NCBI GenBank assembly: GCA_014905635.1
Contig: JABVCE010000002.1
Span: 1,426,001 to 1,490,000 of the forward strand
Source of the DNA: Scenedesmus sp. PABB004
Taxonomy: Eukaryota
Direction of reading: 5' to 3'
DNA: 64,000 nt
Shown here one piece after another: positions 23,625 through 35,565 of the stretch. Every line of letters starts with the position of its first letter. Within the stretch, counting starts at the first letter, position 1. Below the pieces are notes generated by a model. It was not told the DNA's origin. It saw only the letters and a list, made by a program, of their open reading frames with translations, and searched no databases. Both the position numbers and the translations under genes were made by a program.

Positions 23625-24523
23625 TCACCACCAGCGCTCCGTGCGCACGCTGTCCGGCGGCAGGCCCTCGGCGGCCAGCACGGCGCAGAGCTCGTCGCTC
23701 ATGGCCGGCGGGCCGCACACGAACGCGAGCACGTCGCCGCCGCCCGGGCCCGCGCGCTCGCGCAGCGCCGCCAGCGCCGACCCCAGGTGCTGCGCGGCGA
23801 TGCGGCCGCGCACGTGCGGCACGCCCGCCGCGCCGGGCGGCAGCGGGCCGTGCGCGCGCGTGGTGTACAGCGACAGCGACAGCGCGCCGCGGCGCTGCCA
23901 GTCCAGCAGCTGCGGCAGCAGGGCAAACTCCTGCGGGCATGAGGCTGCGCGCCGCGGGCGCGCGTGGGCGCGCTGTTCGCGCGCGCTGGCGCGCGGGCGG
24001 CCTGCCGCCCCCCCCCCCCCTGCCCGCACAGCCCAGCCCAGCGCCCACCTGAGTAGAGCAGCAGGGGCGGCGGCGCGGCCTGCTGCTGGTGGTGGTGGTG
24101 CTGCTGCTGCGTCGCTGCTGCCGCGCGCCGGTCAGCCAGGTGCGTGGCCATGGCGGCGAGCGCGGTGATGCCGATGCCGCCAGCCACAAAGAGGCACGGC
24201 CGGGCCGCGGCGTCGGGGGGCAGCACAAACGCGCCGCCCACGCGCAGCGAGACCTCGTCACCGACGCGCGCCGCGCCGTGCACCCACGCCGCGCAGGGGT
24301 GGCCGCTGGCCTTGACGCACAGCTCGACCTCGCCGCGCCGTGCGAGCGCCGCGGGCGTGCTGCAGATGGAGTAGCCGCCGACGGCGGCGACCCCCGGGGC
24401 TTGGAAGTCTACCCACTGCCCCGGCTCAAAGCAGAAGCCGCTCGCGGCGTCCAGCTTCAGGAGGAGCCGACGCACGCTCGGCGTCTCCGCCACGAGCGTG
24501 GCGATGGTGGCCTTGACGGCCAT
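23625..24523 (-). CDS. OXNAD1: FNR-family FAD/NAD-binding oxidoreductase (OXNAD1-like)
   Basis: FEPGQWVDF, VGGYSICSTP, LFVAGGIGIT, FVCGPPAM and C-terminal ERWW, which is typical of OXNAD1. The start could lie further upstream. Confidence 0.85.
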
Positions 24524-24958
24524 GCGGGGGGGGGGGCGCGAGGCAGCGACACAAGGCAGCGGCGCGAGGCAGCGGCGCGAGGCAGCGGCGGTGGCGGCGC
24601 GGTGCGCGTGCACCGCACGTGCAGGGGGGAGCTCAGCGCAGTGCCTGAGCTGGCCGTGGAGCTGGATGCGTGGCGCTGAACGGGAGAGTGCACGCGCGAG
24701 CGGGGGAGCTCCGCGCGACTGCGCGCCACGGGCCCCCGCTCGAGCGCGCTGAAGCGCCGCCGCTGCCCGCTGCCCTTCCGGCGCCGCTGCACTCCCCTGG
24801 CCGCTGCCTCCGGTCCCACGTCCAGATCACGCTCTCCTGCCGCCGATCCCGGTCGCGCCGCTCCGACCCGGGCCCTGCGCCAGCACCCGGCGCGCCCAGA
24901 TTGCGCGACCCGCAGCAGTGCCGCGCCCGCGCGCCCAGCGCGCCCAGAGCGAGCCGGG

Positions 24959-25791
24959 ATGGCTGACCCGGAGGCGGTGGGCAAGGTGGGGCGGCGTCAG
25001 CGTGCATGCGGGCCGCGATCAGGCGCCGGGGCGGGCGTTGATGGGAGCAGCAGCAAAGCAACCTCCAGCAGTTGAGCCGCCGGCGCCCGCCCTGCCACCG
25101 CGCCGGCGTGCAGGCCTTCCTGCAGTACTACTACCAGCTTTTCGAGAGCAACCGCCCGGGGCTGTCGAATCTGTACCAGGACGGCAGCATGCTCACGTTC
25201 GAGGGCCAGAAGTTCCAGGGCACGCAGGCGATCGTGGGCAAGCTGACGCAGCTGCCGTTCAACCAGTGCAAGGTCAGCTGCGTGTCGATGGACTTCCAGC
25301 CCTCCGTGTCGGGCGGCATCATGGTGTTTGTCACTGGCAGCATCGTGGTGCGCCCCCGGCGCCGCGCGCTGGCGCGCGGCCCTGCGGCCGCCCCGCCGCA
25401 GCCTTCGCGCCGCCGCCGCCGCGCCGCCACCGGCGCCGCGCCGCCGCCGGCGCCGCGCCGCCGCCGGCGCCGACGCTGCGCTGCACTGCTGCAGACCGAG
25501 GGCGAGAGCAACGCGCTGAAGTTCAGCCAGGTCTTCCACCTCGTGCCCGTGGGCTCCAGCTTTGTGGTCTCCAACGGTGCGCGCAGCGGGCGGCGGGGCC
25601 GCGCACGCGGCTCTCTCCGGCGCCTGGCCGGGCGGCCGGCGGCGCCGCGCTGCGCACGCAGGTGGCGGCCGGCGGGGGCGCGGCGAGGCCGCCCCGCATC
25701 GCTGGGCTCGCGGGCCCGCCGTCACCCGCCGCCGCCGCCCCGCCCCGCCCCGCCCCGCGTGGCAGACATGTTCCGCCTGAACTACGGCTGA
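24959..25791 (+). CDS. NTF2: Nuclear transport factor 2
   Basis: MADPEAVGK|AFLQYYYQLFESNRPGLSNLYQDGSMLTFEGQKFQG...KFSQVFHLVP...N|DMFRLNYG*. Confidence 0.96.
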
Positions 25792-26363
25792 AGCACTTGG
25801 GCGCGGGGGATGCGGTGGGCGGCGCGTGCGGCCGCCGGAGGGCTGGGCCGCGGCAGAGCGTCGGCGTGGGGCGTGGCGGCGGCCGGTGGGGGCGAGCAGG
25901 CAGCCGCCGCGCAGCGCGCGCGGCGCGCGCCCTGCGAGAGCGTGGCAAGGGGCAGCGGTCGGCGCTGCCGGCGAGGGCGGAGATTGCGCTGAGGCTGCGC
26001 GGTCCAGGCGCGGCCGCGATGTGGCGCGGCAGGCGGCGGGGACTGGTGAGATGCTTGCTCGGCGTTGTGCGCCGCCGCCGCCCGCCCCGCGCGCGCAAAC
26101 GCAGCGCGCGACCTGCTGCGAAGCCCCTCTCCGTCGCAGCGCCGCCCCCCACGCAGTAACAGCAAACGCAGCAGCAGCAGTCGCAGCAGCGCCCGCGCGT
26201 GCTGCACGCGGGCGCGCCCCCTGCGCAGCTGGGTCCCAAAGCGAATCCTGCGTCAGCCCGACCGCTGACAAGTGTGCAGTGTCAATCCTTGAGCGTACGA
26301 GTCAGAGAACACGCGCGCGACAGCAGCGTCTGCTGCTGCGCCGCTCGGGCGCGGGAGCAGCTC

Positions 26364-28366
26364 TCACTCCATGGGCTCGTCGCCGTCCGGGTCGTCCGCC
26401 ATGTCAGCCTCGTGGTGGTCGTCATCGTCGTCGTGGTCGTGGTCCTGCTCGCCGCTGCCGTCGTCGCCGTCGGGCTGCTCCGAGTCGTCCGACGCCGAGC
26501 GCTCCAGCTGCCGCCGCGCGTCGCTGCGCGCCTGCGCCTGCAGGTCGTGCGCGTCCAGCTGCTGCTTCGCGGCCATCGCCTGCGCCGCCGCCTCCATGAG
26601 CGCGTTGACCGCAGACATGTCTGCGCGCCGCACATGCGCCCGGCAGCGGCGGCGGCGAGTGGGCCGGCGAGCCAGGCGCCGCGCCCGCGCGCTGCCGGGC
26701 GCGCGGGCCGCAGGCGCCGCCGCGGCGCCGCGCTGGGCCGCGCCGCGCCGCGCCGCGCCCGACCGCGCCGCCGCGGCCGCGCGCACCTGGCTCTGCGGCG
26801 CCGCCGCCGGCGGCGCGCTTGCGCAGCGTCTCGTGCTCCAGCATCTTCTTCAGCACCAGCGCGTCGTCGTGGATCTCAAACGGATAGCTGCGTGGCGCGC
26901 GGGCGGGCGCGCGCACGTCGGCGGCGCGCGCGGCGCGGCGGGAGGGCCGCAGCGCCGCGCAGCTCGGCGCGGGGCCCGGCCAGCGCCGCGCCGCGCCGCG
27001 CCGCCGCGCGCGCGCTGGGGTCGGCGCACTTGAAGAAGTTGAATTGCACGTCCTGCATGTCCTTGGAGATCTGCACCTCCACCGTCGCGTCGGGCTTGCT
27101 CTGCACGAGGATGAACGGCAGGTGCAGCGCGGTGCCCGCGGCGGCGCCCGGCGGCGCGGCGGCGTTGCGGTCGAGCAGGTGCTTCAGCGCGCGCTGCTGC
27201 TCCACGAGCTCGCTGAGGTACTGCGCCTTGCGGTTGACCTCCGCGAGCGACGCGTACTGCTCGCCCTGCAGCCGCGCCGCGGCCGCCGCGGCGCTGCGGC
27301 TCGCGGGGAAGCCGCGCCAGCTGATCGCCTTCTTCTCCTTGCTGATGATGTCGAGCGCCATGAGCACGTTGATCGCGTCGTACACGCGGCGCCGGATGTT
27401 CTTCTCGTCGTACGCGATGCCGTCGCCGAGGCCGCCGTTCTTGAGCTCCGCGACGAGCTCGTCCGCGACCTCGTTGTACGTCGTCGTGCCCTTGCTCTCG
27501 ACCTTCTCGCACACCTTGAGCGAAAAGTGGCGCAGGCCCTTGTTCGCCGAGCGCCCACCGTACACGCTCGCGGCCATGCCCGCGCCCGCCGCCGCCGCGC
27601 GGCGGCGCGAGCTCGTGCCGCTGCCGACGACGGCCGCCGCGGCGGCGGCGCCGCCGCCGGCGCCCCCGGCGCCGCCGCCGAGGCCGGCGAGGCCCGCGAA
27701 CGGGCCGCCCAGGCCGCCGGCCACGCCGCCCACGCCCGCGCCGTAGGGGCCCGCGGGGTCGGGGTTGAGCACCGCGTGCACCGACTGCTGCGCCGCCGCG
27801 ATCGCGCGCATCGCGTCGCTCGCCGCGAGGTCGGCCGCCTGGTTCACCGCCTCCGCCTCGCGCACCGCCGCGAAGGGCAGGCCGGGCGTGGCCTCCCTGT
27901 CTGCGCCGCGGGGCGGCGGCGGCAGGGGGCGGCCGGGGGTGGGCGGCGCGGCGCGCGCCTGGCCGCTGCTGCTCCCCCCGCCCGTGCGCCGCCGCCGCCG
28001 CCCGCGGCGCCCCTGGCACGCCCGCCAGCGCCGCCCGGGCGCTCCGCGCGGCGAGAGCGCCCGTTCTGGCGCCCGCTGCGCCCGGCGCGAGCGGGGAGCG
28101 CTGGCGCGCGAACGAATGGCGCGCCCGCGCGGGAAGGCCTCCCCCCCGCGCCCGTGCCGCACCCGGCCAGCCGGCGGCGTGGCCCGCGTCGCCGTTCATG
28201 CCGTGAAACACCGCCTGCGCGCGGGGGGAGGGCCGGCGAGCACGCGTGGGCGGGAGGGGCGGGGCGGGCCCCTCCTCGCCGCCCTGCCCCGGCGCGCCCC
28301 GGCTGCACGCCCTCCGGGATGAGAGTTCTCTTTCAAGCCACTCACCGGCACCGCAGCGGCTGCCAT
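26364..28366 (-). CDS. DP1: E2F dimerisation partner transcription factor DP
   Basis: KGLRHFSLKVCEKVESKGTTTYNEVADELV, DEKNIRRRVYDAINVLMALDII, LHLPFILVQ, FEIHDDALVLKKM. The first exons are tentative (MAAAAVP|AVFHGMN). Confidence 0.93.
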
Positions 28367-28824
28367 GGCCGCGTGGCGCCGCGGCGCGATCGGCCGGCGC
28401 GCGTGGCTGTCGCAGGGCCGCTGCGTGGCTCGACAGCGCGTGTGCCAGTTGGCTTCGAGGAGATCGAGCTCGCGGCGGCGGTGGCGCGCTGCGAGAGTCG
28501 GTGCCAGGCCCCGGCGGTGCAGCGCGCACGCCCCGACAGGCCGCTCGCAGGGCCCGCGAGCTCGCTCCCAGTCGTCGCCGACGCAGGGCCTCTCAGGCAG
28601 CCGCTCCCCGCGCCTGCGCCGCCGCCGACCGCGCCGCGCACGCCGCCACTGCGGTTGCTCCGCGCTCGGCAGGGCGGCGGGGCCCAGGACGGGCCTCCCC
28701 GCTCCACGCTCCCCGCCTGCTGTGCCAGGCCGCTCGGCGGCGCCGGCGAAGCTGCAGCGCGCCGCGCTCGGCGGCCGGCATCGCCGCGCGGCGTGCGGCG
28801 CTGCCCGCCGATGTCCGCGCCGTG

Positions 28825-30238
28825 ATGAGGCCGGACGCCTGGGGCGTGCGCGACGCCGGGCGCGCCAGCTTCTCGGTCGCCTACCCTCAGGCGCGCGTGG
28901 CTCGCCGCCGCTCGCCGCGCTCGCCCGCCGCCGCCGCCGCTGGCCGCCAACCGCCGCTGCGCCGCCCGCCGGCCCGCGCGCAGGGCCGGGCGCTGGGCCG
29001 CGGCCGCCGCGTCGCGCCCGCCGCGGCGGCGGCGCTGCTGCTGGCGGCGGGCCTGCTGCTGGCGGGCGGCCTCGCACTCGCGGCGCGCCGCGGCGGCGCG
29101 CGGCGCGCGGCGCAGCAGCAGACGCTCGGCGGTGGCGCGCCGCCGCGGCACGTGCTCGTCATCGACAGCGGCAGCTCCGGCACGCGCATGTGAGCGCCGC
29201 GCCGCCGCAGCCGTCGACGCCCCGCACGGCACGCCCGCGCCGCGTCCCGCCCACGCCTCGCGCCGCCGCGCACCGCCGCGCCGCAGCTACGCGTACAACT
29301 GGACGGCCGCGCCGCCTGGCAGCGGCGCGCTGCCGCTCGTGGCGGCGGTGCCGCCGTCCGCGGCGGCGGCGCTCGTGCCCGCGCGGGCGCGCAAGGGCAT
29401 GTATGACCGCGTCGAGACGCAGCCGGGGCTGGACGCATACGTCGGCGACCCCACGGGCCTCGCCGGGTCCGCGCTCGGCCCGCTGCTCGCGTGGGCGCGC
29501 GGCGTCGTGCCGCCGGCCGCCGCGCGGCGCACGCCGCTGTTCCTGCTCGGCACGGGCGGGCTGCGCCGGCTGGGGCCGGCCGCGCGCGAGGCGCTGCTCG
29601 CAGACGTGCGGGGCGTGCTGGCGCGCTCCGGCTTCTGGTGCGGGCGCCGCGCGCTCGCGGGCGCGCGGCGCGCGGCGCGCGGCGCGGCGCGCGCGGCCGA
29701 CGCAGCCGCCGGCGCTGCCGACGCCGCCAGGTTTGAGGATGCCTGGGCAAAGGTCATCAGCGGCACCCAAGAGGGCGTCTTTGGCTGGCTGGCGCTGAAC
29801 TACGCGCACGGCCTGCTGGACCAGCAGCCCGCGGCGCAGCCCACGGCGCAGCCCACGGTGCAGCGCGGGGCGCAGCCCGCGGCGCAGCCCGGGGGGCAGC
29901 AGGCGCAGCAGGCGCACCATCAGGCCCACCATCAGGCGCAGCAGGCGCAGCAGCGCGGCACCGGCGGCAACGACGGCGCCGCGCCCGGGGACACGGCGCC
30001 CGCCGCGCCGGGCGTGCCGGGCGAACCGTTGAGCCTGGGCAGCCTCGACCTCGGCGGCTCGTCGCTGGAGCTGACGTTTGAGGTTGCGCCCGGCGCGCCG
30101 GGCGCGCCGCCGGCGCACGAGCTGCTGAACGTGAGCGTCGGCGGCCGCCTGTGGCGGCTGCACACGCACACATTCGCGCGGTACGGCCTCAACGAGGCCT
30201 TTGACCGCGGGGTGAGCCTGCTGCTGGACGACGCGCAG

Positions 30239-30288
<50 letters not shown>

Positions 30289-31057
30289 GCGCCAGGGGCT
30301 GCCGCAGCCGCAGCAGCCCGGCGCGGACGGCGCGGCGCCGGCTCCGAGTGCGGACGGCGTGGCCAGCGCAGCGGCGCTGGCGGCGCAGGCGATGCAGGCA
30401 GACCTCGCGGTGGCGGCCGCCGCCGGGCTGCACGTGCGGCGCGAGCAGCGCCCCGCGCCGCACGCGCCGGCGGGCGAGCGCGGCGGCGGCAGCGGCGCCG
30501 ACGGCGAGGGCAGCAGTGAGCGGGGGCCTGGGCACGGCGCTGGCAGCAACGCCACCACCACCGCCACCACCACCGCTGCGCTGGCGCAGCACCTGCATGA
30601 GACAGACCTCGCCGTCGCGGCGGCGGCGGGGCTGCACCCGCAGCCGGGCACGGTCGACAGCGGCGACACCGGCGCGCCGCACGGGCTGCCCCACCCGGGC
30701 AGCAGCGGCGGAGAGTCGCTGCTGCAGCAGCAGCAGCTGCAAGCCGACCTGGCCACCGCAGCAGCGGCAGGGCTGCTGCGGCCCGAGCCTGGCGGCGCTG
30801 ACGGCGGCAGCGGCGGCGGCATCACCACTCACGGCGCGCTGGCCGCCGCGGAGCAGAGGGCTGATGCGACAGCGCCTGCGGACGGCGCCAGCGCTGGCGG
30901 CGACGGGCGGCCGCACGAGCCGGCGCCGCACGCGGCCCAGGGCAGGGCGCTCGGAGCTCCAGACGCTGGCGGCGCGGCGCGGCGGCGACGCACGCTGCTG
31001 GCGCGCGACCTGCCGCAGCCGCGTGAGTCTCCGCCCAGCAGCGGTGATGGCAGCAGC

Positions 31058-31097
<40 letters not shown>

Positions 31098-32292
31098 CCG
31101 GTAACAGCAGCGGCGGCAGCAGCGGCGGCAGCGGAAGCAGCAGTGAGCCCCTCGACGGCGCCGGCGCGGCTCCGTCGAGCGACAGCGACGGCGGCGGCAG
31201 CGACCGGGGCGCCAGCGCCGCGCCGCCGGCGCTGCCTCCTCCCGACCTGCCCGAGGTGCCCCACCCCTGCCTCCACGAGGGCTTTGCCGCGCCGTACGAG
31301 CGCACGCGGCACGGCGGCGCCGCGCCGACGCCGACCTCAGTGCTGCTGCGGGGCCGGCCCAACTGGCGCGCCTGCCTGGCGCTGGTGGACCGCCTGGTCA
31401 ACGCCTCGGCGCCGTGCGCCGCGACGGCCAGCCGCCCCGTGTGCCGGCTCGGCGAAGCGCAGCCGGAGCTGCAGGGCAGCTTCCTCGCGCTCACGGGTGA
31501 GCGGCGCGCGCGGCTGCCGCCCGCGCGGGGGACCGGCGCGCGCCGCGCAGCGCGTGCGCGGCCGCCGTGCGGGGCCCACGCGCGGCCGCGCCGCCCGCCC
31601 TGGCCGCCCGGCCGTGGCCGCCCCGCCCGCCTGCCAGGCTTCTATGTCGTCGCCAAGTTCCTGCAGGTCCCGCCCGACGCGTCGCTCGACGGCGTGCTGG
31701 ACGCGGCGCGCGAGCTGTGCGCGCGGCCGTGGCCGGCCGTGCACGCGGCGCTCGGCGCGCACGCCAACGTGGAGCGGTACTGCGGGTGGGGTCCCTTTGT
31801 CGTCGCGCTGCTGCGGCAGGGCCTGGGCCTCGCCGACGAGCGGGTGCGCGTCGGCGCCGGCGAGCTCGGCTGGCCGCTCGGCGCGGCGCTGGCCGAGGCG
31901 TCGGCGCTTCCGGGCATGGGCGGCGGCGCGGCGCCGCCGGCGGCGGCGGGCGGCCCGCCGGGGGCGGCGCTGGCACGGCGCCGCAGTACGATGCGTATGC
32001 GCGGCGCAGCTGGGCGCTGGCGCTCTTTGGCGCGCGGCACCACGCGCTCGCGCACGTCTGGGCGGTGCTCGTCGCGGCCGCGGCGTGGCTGGGCCTCGTG
32101 CTGTGCTGCCTGCCGGGGCGCTGGGCGGGCGTGCTGGGCGGCGCCGCGCCGGCGCTGGGCGGCGGCGGGCTGCCGGTGCACTCGCGCGGCCCGGGCAAGC
32201 TCGTGCTGCCGCCGGCGGGGTACGGCGTGCGGCGGGCGAGCCCTGGGCCGCTGCGCAGCCCGGCAGTGGGCGGGGTGAAGCCCTGGGGCTGA
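28825..32292 (+). CDS. Apyrase / GDA1-CD39 NTPDase (APY7-like, two TM segments) with a large low-complexity insertion
   Basis: ACR motifs IDSGSSGTR, GTGGLR, EGVFGWLALNY, DLGGSS, GWPLG; an N-terminal TM. The C-terminal TM is in another frame and needs an intron or indel at about 31898-31986. Confidence 0.85.
30242..30286 (+). repeat. (CAG)15 encoding poly-Gln in the apyrase
   Basis: Read directly. Confidence 0.9.
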
Positions 32293-32641
32293 CCGCGCGT
32301 GTGACCGATCCGTGTGACCGTCCGTGTTGACGTCCGAGTCGTTGCCGCGGGCGCCGCAGCCGCGGTCGCGCCAGCCCGGGCGCTGGCCGCATCTGAGCCC
32401 AGCGCTCCCCGCCGCGCACCGCGCCTGCCTGCGCCACACCAGCGCCTGCCTGCCCAGAGCGACCCCGCCGCACCGCGCACGCACAAAACGCCGGGCCCCG
32501 CGGGCCCGGCCGCGCGGAGGCGCCCGCCCGCCCGCCCCGCCGGCGCGGCCGCGCCGAGGCACGTGCCCTGCGCGCCGCCCGCGCCCTGCTGCTGGCCGGC
32601 CGGCCAAACGTTGATCGGCCGGTCAAGCGTTGACCTTCCGG

Positions 32642-35168
32642 TCAAGCGTTGACCAGGTTCTCCGCGCCATCAAGCACCTTGATATACTTGATCTTGTCCC
32701 CCACCTGCGCGGCGCGGCGAGCAGCGGCGGCGGCAGCGCGTCAGGTGCGGGGCCGTCCGCGCGGGCGCGGCGCGGCGCGGGGGGCGCGGGCGGCGCGCGG
32801 GCGCGGGCTGCGGCGCGGGGTGCGAGGGCTGCGGCGCGGGCCGCGCGCGGGGCGCGCGCGCCTTGAGCAGGCCGAGGCCGTCCTGGCCCTGAACCGCGTA
32901 GCCAAACACAGCGTAGCGCCCGTCCAGCAGGTTGGCGCCCGACGGCGTCAGCTCGCTCTCCTGCGCGCAAGCGCGGCCGCCGCGTCAGCCGCGCGCGCCC
33001 TGCGCTCCGCCCCCTCGCGCCACGCCCTCGCCGCCCTACTCCACGACCGCCCGCCGGCCCAACGCCGCCCCCCCCCCCCCCCCCAGCGCCAGCGCTCGCC
33101 GCCGCCCCGCCCTGCCCCGCCCAGCGCCCAGCGCCCCGCCCCGCCGCGCCTAGCGCCCAGCCCCTGCCGCCCCGCCCCCCCCCCCCCGCCCCGCCCGGGC
33201 CCCGCCGCGCCTTGAGCAGGAAGAAGACCTGGCTGCTCGCGCTGTTGTTGTCAAACTCGGCCCGCGCCCACGCGAGCGTGCCGTACGCGTTGAACGGCAG
33301 CACCGGCGTCTCGTTGAAGCGCCCCAGGTCCTCCAGGTTGACCTCGTACAGCGGCTCCTTGTCGCCCACGACCTTAATCTCCATCGGCACGCTGCGCGGC
33401 GGGCGCGGCGCGGCGGGGCGCGGCGCGGAATGTGAGCGGCGCGGCGCGGCGCGGAGTGTGCGAGCGGCGCGGCGCGCTTTTGGCGGCGGCGCGGCGTGCG
33501 GCGGCGCGGCGTCACCGGCGGATCTCGTTGGTCGCGGGGTCGACGTAGCCGTCGGCAGGGCCGTCGGGGTCGCCCGTCTGCACGACAAAGCCGTCGGCGC
33601 GCTGGATCTCCATGCCGTCGTAGAAGCGGCGCTGCACGAGGTCCATGAACTGCCCCGCGCTCACGGGCGCGTTGTAGCCGTCCAGGACGAGCTTGAGCGT
33701 GAGCTCGGCCGGGCCCTCGGGCGTCTCGCTCGCGGCGACCTTCATCTCCAGCGTCGCGCGGCCCTGTGGGGGGTTGGGCGGGTGTGTGAGTGTGTGGATG
33801 GGTGGGTGGGTGTGGGTGTGGGTGTGTGTGTGTGGGGGGGGGGGGGGGGGGGGGAGGGAAGAGGGGGGAGCGAGCGAGGGGTGTCGGCGCGGGCGAGCGC
33901 GGAGCAGGCAGCGCGCAGCGCGGCGGCGCGCGCGCACACACGCACCTTGAGCAGCGGGCGGGACGCGTACTCCTTGGGCACCTCAAAGGGGAAGCCCTTG
34001 ACCATGGCCTCCTCGATCGTGCCGACGTACTCGAGCGCCTCGCGCTGCTTCAGCGGCACCGCCTGCTTGTCCTTGGCGTCGACGATCGCCTGGAACTCGG
34101 CCAGCGCGCCGTCGAGCTTGGCCAGCGCCGCCTCGCCCGCGGCCTGCGCGGCGCGGCGCGGCGCGGCGCGGGCGCGGGTGGGCGCGCGGCGCTGCGCGCG
34201 GCGCGGCCGCGCGGGCGGCGGCGGCCGCCCCCGGCGCGGCGCGGCGCGGCGTGCCTTCTTGTCGGGCGCAAAGTCGGCCTCGATCACGGCGCGCTGCTTG
34301 GTGAGGATGCCCTGGCTCGTGCGCACGGCCTGGCGCGCGGGGCGGCGGCGCGGGCGGCGGGCGTGGGCCGCTGGCTGCCGCCGCGGCAGGCGGCGCCGGG
34401 CGCTGGCGGGCCGCGCCGCTCGCCGCGCACCTTGGCCACGGGGCCCAGCGACTTGCTGCCGGGGATGCGCAGCGCCTCGGCGATCAGCTCCAGCTCCCGC
34501 TGCGCGCGGCGCGACGTCGCGGGGCGTCAGCCACAGGCGGCGGCGCGGCGGCGGCCGCGCCCGCGCGGGGTCGGCGGTGCGGCGCGCGCGCCTGGATCTG
34601 GCGGATGGGCTTGTTGTTGATGGGCAGCGCGTAGCGCAGGATGGCGCTGGCGTTTTTGATCGGGTCGCCCGCCGTCAGCAGCGCGTGCGCCGGCGGCGTC
34701 GGCTGCGCGGCGGGCGCGACGGGCGCGCTCAGCGGCGGCGGCGGCGGCGCGCGTGCGCCCCCCCCCTGGCTGCCCCATTGCGCCGCCGCGCCGCGCCGGT
34801 CGCGCGCGCCGGGGGCCGGCAGCGGCCACAGGCCGGCGGCGTGGCGGCGCGCCGGCCGCGCGCCGCGCGCACCGCTAGCACGGGCGACAGCGTCAGCGGC
34901 AGCGCGGTCGTCGCCGCGGCGAGGGCGATCGTCGCGCACTTTTGCAGGAAGCCCGGCTCCTGCGGCGCGCGGCGGCGCGTCACGGGTGGCGTGGCGCCAG
35001 GGCGGCGGCCGGCGACCGGCGGCGGCGCGGCGGCCAGCAGCGCGCCTGTGGCTGGCTGCTGTCCCTCTGCTGCGCGCGGCAAGCCGTCCGCCGCGGCGCC
35101 ACGCCCGCCCTGAAGGCGAGTCCGGGCCGCGCCGCCACGCCGCGGCTGGCGCTGGCCTGCGCCTGCAT
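32642..35168 (-). CDS. CYP38: Thylakoid-lumen cyclophilin CYP38/TLP40
   Basis: Bipartite transit peptide ending [80 protein letters not shown]; ends GAENLVNA*. Ten exons. Confidence 0.95.
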
Positions 35169-35565
35169 CCTGGCGCGCGTGTCGGGGACGCGATGGCACC
35201 GCAGCAGCACTGGCCGCTCCTGGTCGCGGCGGGGCGTGTGATGCCGGTGAAGGGTCGGGGTGGCGCGGGTGCGGGCGGAGCGAGCGGCGTGTGCGGAGCG
35301 GAGCGTGGCGTGCTGCTGCGGCACTCTGGCGGGCGCGCGGGCACAACCATCGCGGCGTGCGCTCCTGGCGGGTCTCGTCGGCTCCTGCTGCCAATGCGTG
35401 CGCGTGCCGCCTGGCGCAGCCACGCAGAGCAGAGCGGAGCATCTCCCTTCGTGCCTGGCTTAGACAGCCATCACCCCCGGCCAGCGCCCTTGCCCAGCGT
35501 CGAGCGCCGCGTTGAGCTGCCCCATGCGCGGCTGACGGCCACACCAACACCCCCAGCCAGCGGTC

